NCBI GenBank assembly: GCA_964016885.1 | Contig: OZ024742.1 | Location: 192,014,001-192,078,000 of the forward strand | From: Eledone cirrhosa | Taxonomy: Eukaryota | Length of the DNA: 64,000 nucleotides | Direction: 5' to 3' | Shown here: in pieces, positions 15,009 through 29,166 of the stretch | Position numbering within the stretch: position 1 is the stretch's first letter | Layout of the letters: each line of letters starts with the position of its first letter | Notes under the pieces: model-generated | What the model was told of the DNA's origin: nothing | The model's input: only the letters and a program-made list of their open reading frames with translations | Databases searched by the model: none | Translations under genes and position numbers: made by a program

Positions 15009-15367
15009 CACAGATTGCAACGATTTCAGAGACTGTAGCTTAATGTGAAATTACGAGGGTCAAACCTTTGCTCCAACCTTTCATGTCAGAACGGTTGAGG
15101 AGGGGGTGAAAATGGGTCAGAGATTAGGGATAATTATGGCTGAGAGGGAAATACCTCAGTGGAGAGGTGGGGAGCGTTTGTACATAATAGATATATCACG
15201 GAAGGGTCTTTGATATATGTTAGTGCATACGTGAGGGGCGGCCAAATATTAAGGATTTAATTTAGGTTGTTTGCCCTCTTGCGAAATATCTCACGACTTG
15301 AATATAGAGGTATACTTATATACATATACACTTATAGGCATACATACACACGCACACACACACACAC

Positions 15368-15398
<31 letters not shown>

Positions 15399-15590
15399 CA
15401 CACTTATAGGCATACACACACACACACAGACATATATATATATATATATAAAAACCCACATATATACATGCATGAATACTTAAACGTTATGCATACACTT
15501 CATATGTTATGCTTATACGTTTGTCTGAATCTGTGTGAATGCGTGTTTGTGTGTGCGTGCGCTCGCCTGTATATATATATATATATATAT

Positions 15591-15827
<237 letters not shown>

Positions 15828-16224
15828 GGGACGTGATTCAGTGGTTAGTGTAGGCGACCGCGTGTTGTGAATTTGAGAAAGAATTTATTTCACGTTGATC
15901 AATTGTTCTTAGGCTGATAAAAATAAGTTGTAACTATAATCCGAAGAGCCAGTCTTGTCACACACACACTTCCTCGCTGAATCTTCCTTAGAAAGATGTG
16001 ACTGTGGAAGGCTCAAGCCCTCGCAAGTTAATTTCACAAGTATGTTGTTTTTTGTTGGTCAAGCAGTTGTAACTAGCGCTGACAACAATAACAAAAAAAG
16101 CTAACAGTAAAATAATTCTATATGTATATATTCCGTAACCTATTGGATTAATGTTTAAATGTCTTTAAGTATGGTTATATATATATATATATACATATAA
16201 TCACATACATTAATGTGTTTATAT

Positions 16225-16708
16225 ATATGAGATCGGTGTGGAAGCGGACCTTTCGTGCAGACCTGAAGATCCGCCTCTTCATTGCTGTAGTGGAGTCTGT
16301 GGTGCTGTACGGGTCTGAGACTTGGACATTGACCAAGAAACTCACCCAGATGGTGGATGGGTGCTACACAAGAATGTTGAGGATGGCTCTGAACATTAAT
16401 CAGTATACACTGAGGATGAAAAACTCAGCTAACCTCAGTCTCCTCTGTGTCACTTTTGAGCCTCCCAAAAGTCAGCTCAAAAGTGACACAGAGGAGACTG
16501 AGGTTAGCTGGACATAGTCACCGACATCCAGAGTTGACTGCACTCAGAGCTCCTGTGGGAGGCCCTGGGAAGACCAAGGTTAACGTATGTTGATGCCCTA
16601 AGGAGAGACACTGGTCTGTTGGAGACGCAGGACATGGCAGCGATAATGAGGGACAGAGACCGCTGGAGAGAACTCGTCCAGGGATCTCGGAAATTTTACC
16701 CGCCCTAG
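16225..16708 (+). pseudogene. RTE-clade LINE 3' fragment (RT C-terminus) with internal inversion-duplication
   Basis: LKIRLFIAVVESVVLYGSETWTLTK...DGCYTRMLRMALNI, then RRLRLAGH and PRLTYVD...DRDRWR motifs; ends ccgccctaga(TA)n. Confidence 0.85.
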
Positions 16709-16806
16709 ATATATATATATATATATAAACACACACATTAATGTATATGATATATATGGTCCACCTGGTATCTTATCACACCCTCTTTGTATATATATAT
16801 ATATAT

Positions 16807-16981
16807 AGGAAAATGTTGAACCCCGACGGTAGAGCTCAAGCCGTTTCGACGGCTATTTCTGAATGCCGTCGAAACGGCTTGAGCTCTGCCGTCGGGGTTA
16901 AACATTTTCCTATTACCCACTCTACTATTGAGTACTCTGGTGCGTTATGGCCCATCTGGTTCCTTACCACATTTCCTTCGT
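16807..16981 (+). mobile_element. Family B fold-back module
   Basis: Palindrome 16807-16912 plus tail. Confidence 0.8.
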
Positions 16982-16986
16982 TTTAT

Positions 16987-17041
<55 letters not shown>

Positions 17042-17045
<4 letters not shown>

Positions 17046-17182
17046 GTTTTTACTTTTGGCACCAGGCCAGCAATTACCCAGTACATTACTGGTACTTTAT
17101 TTTATCGACCCCGTAAGGATGAAAGGCAAAGTTAACCGCGGCGGGATTTGAACTCAGAATGGCAAGGGCCGTAACTCTATGC
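17042..17182 (-). mobile_element. tRNA-derived SINE, 5'-truncated
   Basis: aattgttt..actt..ggcac..ggccagcaattacccagtacattactggtactttattttatcgaccccgtaaggatgaaaggc consensus. Confidence 0.85.
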
Positions 17183-17429
17183 CTCAATAAGATATATATG
17201 TATAAATATATATATACAAACACGTATTGATATGTGTGCGTATATATATAGAGAGAGAGATAGGGGGGAGGAGAGAGAGAGTGAGAGAGGGGGCCAGCGA
17301 GAGAGAGATAGAGAGATGAAGATAAACCACAAAGGAATTATCTTTTTAACGCGGTACGTTACGAGTTACTTAAGCCGTTATGAGAATACCTTTTGGGCTA
17401 GTAAGGAGTGTTATTATGACGTCACCATT

Positions 17430-17597
17430 AGATTCTCTCACTCTCCTTCTTTTACACAAACTTTCTCTCTCTCTCTCTGTAAGACACATGCTTTATCTCC
17501 CCCCTCTCTATCTCTATCTCTTACACTTATTCTATCTCACTCTCTCTTTCTCTCTCTCATATTCTCTCACTCTCCTTCTTTCACACACAAACACACA

Positions 17598-17689
<92 letters not shown>

Positions 17690-18175
17690 CTCTCACGCAC
17701 ACATGCTTTATCTCACCCCTCTCAATCTCTATCTCTCACACTTATTCTCTCTCACTCTCTCTTACTATCTCTCTTATTCTCTCACTCTCCTTCTTTCACA
17801 CACAAACACACACTTTTTCTCTCTCTCTCTCTCTCACACACATGCTTTGTCTCCCCTCTCTCTATCTCTATCTCTCACACTTATTCTCTCTCACTCTCCC
17901 TTTCTCTCTCTCATATTCTCTCTCTGTCTCTCTGTCATGTTCTCTCATACTATTTCACACTCTCTCCCTCTCTCTCTATGTCTTATTCTCTCTCACTCTC
18001 TCTCTCTCTCTATGTCTTATTCTCTCTCACTCTCTCCTTCCTTCTCTCTCTCTATCTCTCTCTCTCTCTCTCTCTTTGTCTCATATTCTGTCTCTCTCTC
18101 TCTCTCTCTCTGTTTATATTCTCTCTCACACTCATACTATTTCCCCCCGTCTCTCTCTCTCTCTCACACGCACAT

Positions 18176-18212
<37 letters not shown>

Positions 18213-18621
18213 ACACACTCTTTCAACAAGATTCTCTGTTTAATCCTGGAAACCAACACATGCAGTAGATTAAGTTTACTGAAACATTGCTCTCCTCTTC
18301 GATTCCCCCTCTCTCTCTCTTTGTGTCTTTGGCGCTCCCTCTCCCTCGCTGTATCCTTCTTTCTCTTCTATCTCTCTCAGTGTATAAATAACCATGTATG
18401 AGTGAGTGAGAGAGAGAGTGAGGTTATGTGTTGGAGGGGGAGGAGAGCATTTTATAGTATGTTATATGTCAATGTCTGTCCACATTGTACATGTGTTTAC
18501 CTTGAATCATTTCCCACGCGTCTCCCCCCTCTCACTCTCCCTAATTCTCTCTCCTTCCCTCTCCCTTCCATCTCCCCCCCTCTCTTTCTAACGCTCTTCT
18601 TCTCTCTCTCTCACTCTCTAA

Positions 18622-18652
<31 letters not shown>

Positions 18653-19050
18653 TCTCTGTCTCCCTCTCTCACTCTCTCTCACTCTCTAACTCTCTCTTCC
18701 TCTCCCTCCCTCTCTCTCTCTAACTCTCTTCTACTCTCTCTCTCTCACTCTCTCACTCTCTCTAACTCTCTCTCCCTCTCTCTCTCCCTATCTCTCTCCC
18801 TCTCTCTCTCACTCTCTCTAATTCTCTCTCCCCCTATCTCTGTCTCCCTCTCTCACTCTCTCTCATTCTCTCTCTCCCTATCTATGTCTCCCTCTCTCAC
18901 TCTCTCTAACTATCTCTCCCTCCCTCTCTAACTCTGTTCCTCTCTCTATCTCTAACTCTCTCTCTTTAACTATCTCTCCCTCTAACTCTCTCTCCCTCTC
19001 TCTCTGTCTCTCTATTTCACTCTCTCAATCACTCTGTCACTTTCACTCTC
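17430..19050. repeat. (CT)n-rich low-complexity/minisatellite tract
   Basis: Degenerate CT repeats with repeated ttctctcactctccttct units. Confidence 0.9.
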
Positions 19051-19270
19051 AATCACTCACCACATACATATAAGTGCGTGTATGTCCGTGTCCGTGTGTG
19101 TCTGTGCATATATACTTATGCGTGTGTGTATGTGGATGGCCGTGTAAGTGTGTGTGTGTATATACGTATATCTGTGTATATATGTATGTGTATGTGGATG
19201 TCCGTTCATGTGTGTGTGTGTGTGTGTATGTGTGTCTATATACGTATGTGTGTGTGTATATATACACGTA

Positions 19271-19304
<34 letters not shown>

Positions 19305-19438
19305 CACGTATGTGTGTATATACGTATGTGTGTGTATATATATATATACATATGTGTGTGTGTGTGTGTGTGTGTATTTACTATTCACATTGTTGTTGTG
19401 CAGATCTCTCATGCCTCCCATTCGTGTATATATATATA

Positions 19439-19651
19439 TAGGAAAAAGTATGACCCCGACGGCAGAGCTCAAGCCGTTTCGACGGCTATTTCAGGACTGA
19501 CTGAAATAGCCGTCGAACCAGAAATAGCCGTCGAAACGGCTTGAGCTCTGCCGTCGGGGTCATACTTTTTCTTATTACCCACTCTAATACCCTAAGTATT
19601 GAGTACTCTGGTGCGTTATGGTCCATCTGGTTCCTTACCACATTTCCTTTG

Positions 19652-19654
<3 letters not shown>
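19439..19654 (+). mobile_element. Family B fold-back module
   Basis: Palindrome 19439-19573 with a duplicated gaaatagccgtcgaa in the centre, plus tail. Confidence 0.8.
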
Positions 19655-19695
<41 letters not shown>

Positions 19696-19824
19696 AAGAT
19701 GAAATAAAAGATGGTTATAAGAGTTCCATATATTTTATTATACGTATTCCGAATACAAAATCATCCTGGGAAGATACTTATCTGATATATGCATAGTTTT
19801 ATTGTTCTACAATATTACTCACCT

Positions 19825-19889
<65 letters not shown>

Positions 19890-20029
19890 CCAAAAGTTAA
19901 ACAAGGTTCATTGATTAATCAATGAATATAGTTTTACAATAGATTAGAAGCACTCAACAGTAAAGTTTTCTAGAGTTATTAATATTAATTCAAAATATTA
20001 ATAAATATAGACATATATATATATATAGT

Positions 20030-20408
20030 AATTGTTTCTATTTTATGCACAAGGCCAGCAATTACCCAGTACATTACTGGTACTTTATTTTATCGACCTA
20101 GTAAGGATGAAACGCAAAGTTAACCTCGGCGGGATCTGAACTCTGATCATAAAGGGACGTAACTCTATGCATCAAAGCATTGTGACCGACTCTCTACCGA
20201 TACTGCCAATCTACCGTCCTATATATATAGTAATTGTTTCTACTTTAGGCACAAGGCCAGCAATTATCCAGTGCATTACTGGTACTTTATTTTATCGACC
20301 CCGTAAGGATGAAAGGCAAAGTCAACCTCGGCGGGATTTGAACTCAGATCGTAAAGGGACGTAACTATGCTAGAAAGCATGGCGTCCGACCCTCTACCGA
20401 TACTGCCA
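20030..20408 (-). mobile_element. Two tandem tRNA-derived SINEs
   Basis: A-box TGGCAGTATCGG and B-box GAGTTCAAATCC on the minus strand, with a shared central domain. Confidence 0.9.
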
Positions 20409-20689
20409 TAGTAACAATAATAAATTTGAAGACTAAAATCCAAAGAGGGCTCGTTAAGGGTGTAAGCAGCGATTCTTTGCTTAAACTTTAATCTGTTATT
20501 TTAATAAATATATATATATATATATATTGGGGAATGTGTGAGATCCTTGATACAGTAGGTATATTTGAAAAAAAAGGAAAAGATTGACTTCAATTGTAGT
20601 GTTAAATAATTTGATTTAATTTTATAATATTATAATATTATGAGTTGGTAGATGTAGTAAGTTCTTTGTTAACTTCGGTGGGAAGAATG

Positions 20690-20785
<96 letters not shown>

Positions 20786-21546
20786 ATACATGCGTATATA
20801 TGTGTTTATCTGTCTGTTCATTTGTGTGTGATTCTCTGTTTTTCTCCATCTCACAGTTAAGTTCATCCCGCTTCTCAACAAACATACACCCCCTGCCCCT
20901 CCCCACCTACTTCCATCCATCATCCGCCCTATATGTATGTGTCAGTGTGTATCTGTAAGTGTAAGTGTGTTTGTGCGTGTATGTGTACGTGTGTATGTGT
21001 ACGTGTGTATGTGTAAGTGTGTATGTGTGCGTGTGTAAGTGTGTATGTGTAGGTGTACGTGTGTATGTTTGCGTGTGTATGTTTGCGTGTGCATATGTAA
21101 GTGGGTATGTGTGCGTGTGTATGTGTACGTGTGTATGTGTGCGTGTGTGCGTGTGTAAGTGTAAGTGTGTATGTGTAAGTGTGTATGTGTACGTGTGTAT
21201 GTGTGCGTGTGTATGTGTGCGTGTACATATGTAAGTGGGTATGTGTGCGTGTGTATGTGTACGTGTGTATGTGTATGTGTACGTGTCTATGTGTAAGTGT
21301 GTATGTGTACGTGTGTATGTGTGCGTGTGTATATGTACGTGTGTGTGTGTAACTGTGTATCCGTTCGTATCTATGTTTAAGTCCCGTAATATAGCGTTTC
21401 AGCAAAAAAGGGATCGATAATATAAGTATCAGACTTATTAGTATTGGAGTAAATATGATCAACTAAATCAATGCGGTGCCTCAGCATGGCTGCTGTGTAA
21501 AGACTGAAAACTGTAAACAAATAGATGACTATATATATATATATAT

Positions 21547-21966
21547 TCAAAGGTTAAACAAGGTTCAATGAATAAATCAATGAATAAAGTTTTACAATAG
21601 ATTAGAAGCACTCCACAGTATGGTTTTCCGGAGTTATTAATATTCATTCAAAATATTAACAAATATAGACATTCGTGTGATCAAGTATATTTTATTATAC
21701 ATATTTCAGAGGTACTGAGCTATCTTCAACAGTACGTCCACATCAGATGAAATAAGATGATGCTTGACATACCTTGATTAAGTAGATGGCTAAAATTCAG
21801 TCATGGCAGTGACTGAATTTTAACCATCTACTTAATCAAGGTATGTCAAGCATCATCTTATTTTATCTGACGAGGACATACTGTTGAAGATAGCTCAGTA
21901 CCTCTGAAATTTGTATAATAAGATATACTTCATCACACGAATGTCTATATTTGTTAATATTTTGAA

Positions 21967-21973
<7 letters not shown>
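21547..21973 (-). mobile_element. TA-embedded fold-back module, family C (HHR in each arm)
   Basis: Palindrome ~21640-21973 around loop tggcag. + HHR at 21860-21924: ATTTTAT-CTGACGA-GGA..TCT-GAAA-tttgta-TA-ATAAGAT. Tail fragment also at 19889-20012. Confidence 0.8.
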
Positions 21974-22001
<28 letters not shown>

Positions 22002-22002
<1 letters not shown>

Positions 22003-22205
22003 AATATAAATTAGCGAGAATCGCATTTCGGCTATTGGAAATTAGCGAAAAACAACCTCCGAGATGTGTGGCAAGCGCTCCATAGCAAATAGTGAACTAG
22101 AACAACAACGTAAGTTAAAGGCCAAACACACTGAGACGATGGTTAAACCATTATCCGCAAAGCTATAGAAACGACCAAGCTATTCGGGTCAAACAAATAA
22201 TAAAA
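22002..22205 (-). mobile_element. TA-embedded module, family H (tail only)
   Basis: Diverged homologue of 23478-23675 (aacacactgagacgatg, cgaccaag, ttcgggtca shared). Confidence 0.6.
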
Positions 22206-22207
22206 TA

Positions 22208-22344
<137 letters not shown>

Positions 22345-22499
22345 CGTGTGTTCATTCATAATCACGTTTAATATAGAAATGGCTTCTACAGTTATAGAAT
22401 GATTTCATTCAAAAGAAAGTATCAGGTTACCTGTGATTGAACCCGGGACTCACATATATAGAGTAGAGATGGGGAGAGTTACTACACTGGAACGTTATC

Positions 22500-22940
22500 A
22501 TACGTCCCTTTACGATCTGAGTTCAAATCCCGCCGAGGTTGACTTTGCCTTTCATCCTTACGGGGTCGATAAAATAAAGTACCAGTAATGCACTGTGTAA
22601 TTGCTGGCCTTGTGCCTAAAGTAGAAACAATTATATATATATCCCGCCGAGGTTGACTTTGCCTTGCATCATTACGGGGTCGATAAAATAGAAATAATTG
22701 CTGGCCTTGTGTCAAAAGTAGAAACGATTATATATGAGGGTGGTGGATTGGCAGTATCGGTAGAGGGTCGGACGCCATACTTTGGAGCTTAGAGTTACGG
22801 TCCTTTATGATCTGAGTTCAAATCTCGCCGAGATTAACCTTGCCTCATTCTTACGGGATCGATCAAATAAAGTACCAGTCACGCACTGGAGTCGATATAA
22901 TCGACTTCGCCCTCCTTCCCCCTCCCCCATTTTGCTGGCC
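22500..22940 (+). mobile_element. Cluster of three tRNA-derived SINE pieces
   Basis: gagttcaaatcccgccgaggttgactttgcc; A-box tggcagtatcgg near 22750. Confidence 0.85.
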
Positions 22941-23078
22941 TTCTTTCTATATACGAAACCATTTGAGATTTTCTTTAGAACTGCTGGACTAACAAACTAG
23001 CAGCTCCCTCAAGCACTGATGGTGATTATCGCTAAATATTGATGTTGATTTGGTTAGCAATATTAATATTATTGGGCA

Positions 23079-23201
23079 CCCACTGAAGAATTATAAGATC
23101 CCACTTGAATAAGTATCTGTTGATCTTATACAAGCTTCTACATAATTTGGTATAATTTCACCCAACCTGTAGAAATCTTATAATGAAACGAGTCGTCTGG
23201 G
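23079..23201 (+). ncRNA. Type I hammerhead motif with a long, branched stem II (family L)
   Basis: CCCA-CTGAAGA-ATTATAAGAT[75 nt]ATCTTATAAT-GAAA-CGAgTCG-TC^-TGGG. Confidence 0.7.
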
Positions 23202-23374
23202 AAGAGATATATTTGATATATCTCATATGAAATGATACAGCCAATTCTCCACACAATACAATATAGTTAGCACCCCGAACGTTTAATTAGGAATATACTC
23301 AGATATTTCCTAATGTTTGTTGAGTGAGTTGGAATGTGGCCGGAGTATCGCTATTAGGATTCTCCGATTATGTA

Positions 23375-23454
<80 letters not shown>

Positions 23455-23477
23455 AATTTGTATATATATATATATAC

Positions 23478-23675
23478 AAATAAATAATCGAAAATCGGAA
23501 CTTCGGCCCACGAAATAACGAAACACAATCTTCGAAATGTGCGGCAAAGTGCTCAATAGTTCGGATAAACCAGAGCTATAACTAACGTTTAATACCAACA
23601 CACTGAGACGATGCTTAAACTATCATTCGCACAGCCAAAAATACGACCAAGAAAATTCGGGTCAGACAAATAAAA
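23478..23675 (-). mobile_element. TA-embedded module, family H, copy 2
   Basis: Homologous to 22002-22205. Confidence 0.6.
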
Positions 23676-23754
23676 ATATATATGAATGAAAAATATATAT
23701 ATATATATTTATTAATGTATTAATATATATATATTTATATATATAACTATTATA

Positions 23755-24960
23755 AATGTGAAGAGAAAATAGACAAATTATACCTAATTTTTTCTTCAAA
23801 GCACCGACTGTACAATTTTGCCGACTGGTTTACAAACAGAGCACAAATAAAATGTACCCGGGTCATGAGACTATCGGCTTGTCAAGAGAGCCGTCAATGA
23901 AAGGACGAATTCTTGCCATTGACTGCTACAAGTGAAAGATATTTTGGGGTGTGTGGGAGGGGGAGGGATTATCATGTGGTATAACGGTTGCAGAAGGGAG
24001 GTAAAGGCTGGACCTTTGGCGAGTAATACATTTACTAGAAGAATCAGCCAGTACCTGCCTATTTCACTTGACCGAAAAGGGATTTGGGACACAATTATAA
24101 GATATAGATACATAAGTATATATATATATATATATAAAATATAAAGGTTTACATATACATAAAGTTACAGATATATATGCTGCAACCGGTCACTTTTTGG
24201 CTCTATGAAGAATTAATAAATTAAATAATCAGAGCAATATATCATAAATCATGACCTTAGAATCATTAGATAAAATATATACCATTTCCTCTCCCAATTA
24301 GCATAATTAACCATATAAAAAATCAATTAGACCAAGCTATAAGAAGAAAGGCTCTTATGAAGAAATCTCCGACAAATAACCGAAAGTGGCCTCTTCGCGG
24401 TGGCCCCAATAGAGTATTTATCCAACATTTCGACAGCATGTAGAAACTGACTAAATATACCATCAACCATACACAATTAGGTGTAAAATTAAACTTAGAA
24501 GAAATGTGTACATACCGTAATTATATCTCTACCATGGTTTCATCCGTATTTTTAGACATCCAATTAATAGGAATGTCTTGAGTTAGGATTCATCAGGAGA
24601 CAAACTCAAAATCAGACATTTAGTTTTCTTCATAAGAGCCGTTCTTCTTATAGCTTGGTCTAATTGATTTTTTATATGGTTAATTATGCTAATTGGGAGA
24701 GGAAATGGTATATATTTTATCTAATGATTCTAAGGACATGATTTATGATATATATATATATTTATCCCCTTTACCTCCCTTGTGCAACCGTTATACCACA
24801 TAATAATCCCCCCCCCCCCAAAAAAAAATATATATATCTTTCACTTGTAGCGGTCAATGGCAAGAATTCGTCCTTTCATTGACGGCTCTCTTGAAAAGCC
24901 GATAGTCTCATGACCCGAGTACACTTTAGTTGTGCTCTGTTTGTAAACCAGTCGGCAAAA
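23755..24960 (-). mobile_element. PLE-like UTR element with inverted duplications (family E)
   Basis: IR pairs 23817-24007/24768-24960 and 24237-24365/24626-24752; central HHR; TA flanks. Confidence 0.7.
24524..24602 (-). ncRNA. Minimal type I hammerhead ribozyme motif (family E)
   Basis: TGTCTC-CTGATGA-ATCC..AGACATTC..GGATGTCT..GGAT-GAAA-CCATGG-TA^-GAGATA; palindromic helix III. Confidence 0.85.
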
Positions 24961-24989
24961 TTATATTATATATATATTATATATTTGTG

Positions 24990-25052
<63 letters not shown>

Positions 25053-25167
25053 GTATATATATATATATATATTAATCGTCCCCTACTTTTGCTCTTTACT
25101 CTCTTTACACTTTGTTCTTGAATGTTTGGTTGGTAGAGTCCATAACACCAATCAAACCCCTTTTATA

Positions 25168-25212
25168 GCTCTGACGAATCCTACGGTTACGTAAGGAAGA
25201 AACATTGTAAGC
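25168..25212 (+). ncRNA. Minimal hammerhead motif in TA-flanked module 25075-25258
   Basis: GCT-CTGACGA-aTCCTACGgttaCGTaAGGAa-GAAA-cattg-TA^-AGC, followed by AATAAA. Confidence 0.6.
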
Positions 25213-25253
25213 CAATAAAAATCTGTTGATGTTGTAGACGCTCTTGTGTTCTT

Positions 25254-25290
<37 letters not shown>

Positions 25291-25328
25291 TAATGTGTAG
25301 CTTGTTTATATATATATATATATAAAAA

Positions 25329-25468
25329 ACGAAGGAAGTGTGGTAAGGAACCAGATGGACCATAACTCACCAGAGTACTCAATACTTAGGGTAGTAGAGT
25401 GGGTAATAGGAAAATGTTCAATACCGTCGAAACGGCATGAGCTCTGCCGACGGGATCTTGAACATTTT

Positions 25469-25471
<3 letters not shown>
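25329..25471 (-). mobile_element. Family B module with short fold-back
   Basis: ggaaaatgttcaa...ttgaacattttcc arms plus tail. Confidence 0.75.
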
Positions 25472-25520
<49 letters not shown>

Positions 25521-25523
<3 letters not shown>

Positions 25524-25701
25524 TGTCCCGCCTTTACCGTTTTACTCAATGACTGAAAGAAAATGAATAAATTAATCAGAGATATTTAACAATTAATCAA
25601 TTTGAATGACTGAAAGAAAATTAATCAATTAATCAGAGATATTTAACAATTATATCTTAATTCTTTCAGTCACTGAGCAACATTGGTAAAAGCAGGACGC
25701 C
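25521..25701. repeat. Fold-back/MITE-like element with an internal 57-bp direct duplication
   Basis: Imperfect ~40-bp TIRs ggtgtcccgcctttacc...gactgaaagaa / ttctttcagtc...ggtaaaagcaggacgcc. Confidence 0.55.
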
Positions 25702-25712
25702 ACACTTATGTA

Positions 25713-25755
<43 letters not shown>

Positions 25756-26356
25756 AAGCTACACATTATGTACACACATATATATATATATATATATATA
25801 CACAAATATATAATATATATATAAATGTTTCTATTTTGGCACAAGGCCAGCAATTACCCGGTGTATTGGTGGTACTTTATAATAACTTTCTTGTGTAGGA
25901 ACTCTCCCTCTCTCTACTCTGTTGCCAAGCACCTCCTGTCTTCGTTGTCCGCCTGAGAAAAGTTTGCGACATGTACTCGAGTCAATGTCACCTTCGTTTT
26001 CTGATGACATCACTGAGAAACTACGGTCTCCCGGGAACCACACCCTCACATGTAATCGCACCAGCACACCAGTAAGATCGTGTGTACGACACTCTCACCT
26101 ATAATCCTCTGAGCAACACAGTCTCACTTGTTTAGTCTATCTGTTGTCATGGTCCCAACACCTGTGTCCAGTAGATATTTCCCACTGACTTGTGTCTCTG
26201 TCATTTGATATGTGGCGGTGCTGGTAAATATATCAATGACGTCCGTCTGAGAGCGAAAGACAATATGTGTATTACGCAATGCCTGTCCCATCATGATTCA
26301 GGCCATCGTATATATATATATATATATATGTGTGAGTGTATATATATATATATATA

Positions 26357-26407
<51 letters not shown>

Positions 26408-26409
<2 letters not shown>

Positions 26410-26625
26410 GTTATTCCGGGTTGAATCGGAGGTAACCACAGTAAGTAAGGTACTCAATACATAGCAGAGTATAACAGTTTTAATATAGAAGAGATTCTAC
26501 AGGACTAGAACTGTTTCATTCATTAGAAATCATCAGGAATCACATATATAATCACATGAGATTCCTGATGATTTCTAATGAATGAAACAGTTCTAGTCCT
26601 GTAGAATCTCTTCTATATTAAAACT
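26408..26625 (-). mobile_element. Family A fold-back module, copy 3 (two HHRs)
   Basis: + HHR at 26558-26610: GAGATTC-CTGATGA-tTTCtaatGAAt-GAAA-CAG..CTG-TA^-GAATCTC. - HHR at 26491-26541. Confidence 0.85.
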
Positions 26626-26748
26626 ATATATATATATATATATGTATATGTATATATGTATATATATATTTATATATATGTATATATATATTTATATATA
26701 TGTATATATATATTTATATATATGTATATATATATATTTATATGTATG

Positions 26749-26787
<39 letters not shown>

Positions 26788-26788
26788 G

Positions 26789-27936
<1,148 letters not shown>

Positions 27937-27938
27937 TT

Positions 27939-27970
<32 letters not shown>

Positions 27971-27971
27971 A

Positions 27972-28097
<126 letters not shown>

Positions 28098-28829
28098 GGA
28101 GATAGGGGGGTTAAAATCCCGACCCCGGTAACAAGTGATTTAGGCTTCTGTGTTCAGCAAGCCTTTCCAAGGTGCAGTCTATATATATATATATGTGTGT
28201 GTTTGTGTATGTGTGTGTATAAATATGTATATATAATTTATTAGAATGGAGATAATTCTGGAATAGAATACATTTCGCGCCCAATGCATTTGTTCAGTTT
28301 TCTAGATAAAGCAGCTTTCACTCGATGGGTGGTTTACTTACAATCTTAAGTATCATAAATTCAGATGGCCACTATTATAAGTTAACTGGTCGTAGAGTAT
28401 AACAAAAATGGACAGAGTTTAAATATCTTGTAAGACATTTTGACTCTGATTGGACAGCAATTCTGTCGATTGGGCTTGAAACTGTTTCAGTCCATTCGAC
28501 AGCTGATGGCCTGTTTTGTTTGGCCCGTTCATTCTAACATTATTGTGTTGCTCATGTAGAAATGTTGTCTCTTATTCGTCTATTCCTGAGCCTGTGTCCG
28601 CTTCCCATCATATCTGTCGCCATTTCTGGTATTAATGATATGTAGTCAAGGTTGTTTCGTCCCTTACATTGTTGCATCGTTTACCTCCTTTACACAAAAA
28701 TTATGCTGTCATCATTTTCTTCCTAAGTTACGTAACTTCGATTAACTTTAATTTCAACTACCCACTGCACACCGTTCGAACATGAATAGTCAACAGTCTT
28801 GCCAACACTTTTTTTGGTCAAAAAGGCAC

Positions 28830-29166
28830 CGTATTACTTGGAAACATTTCTTGGAAATAGAAGCTGACAAATAAGGAACTATACAGAGCACTGCCACCAG
28901 TCTCAAAAATATTGCCTGCAGACGAATGAAACTGGCTGGGCACTGCATCCGTCATCCATTAGAGATGGTATCACAACTTGTGCTCTGGAAACCGGTGGTC
29001 GGACGAAGAAGCGTGGGAAGACAGGCCGTCTCATTCATTGATACCCTGCTGAGAGATGCCAACATTGATAATATCGATGAACAACGAAATGTCATGATGG
29101 ACCGGGACGATTGGAGAAGGCGTGCTGAATCTCTGCGAGTGTAAACTCGGCCGAAGAAGACGAAGA
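28830..29166 (+). pseudogene. RTE-clade LINE 3' fragment
   Basis: MKLAGHCIRHPLEMVSQLVLWKP..GRRSVGR..SFIDTLLRD...MMDRDDWR; short (GAA/GAC) tail. Confidence 0.85.

Noticed and set aside
26001-26030. CTGATGA...GAAA...GTC
   Set aside because: No convincing stem I or stem II pairing.
28264-28304. Minus-strand HHR-like TAGAA..CTGAACA..GCGC-GAAA-TG-TA-TTCTA
   Set aside because: Core and stem II are degenerate. It may be a decayed PLE HHR but is not supportable alone.
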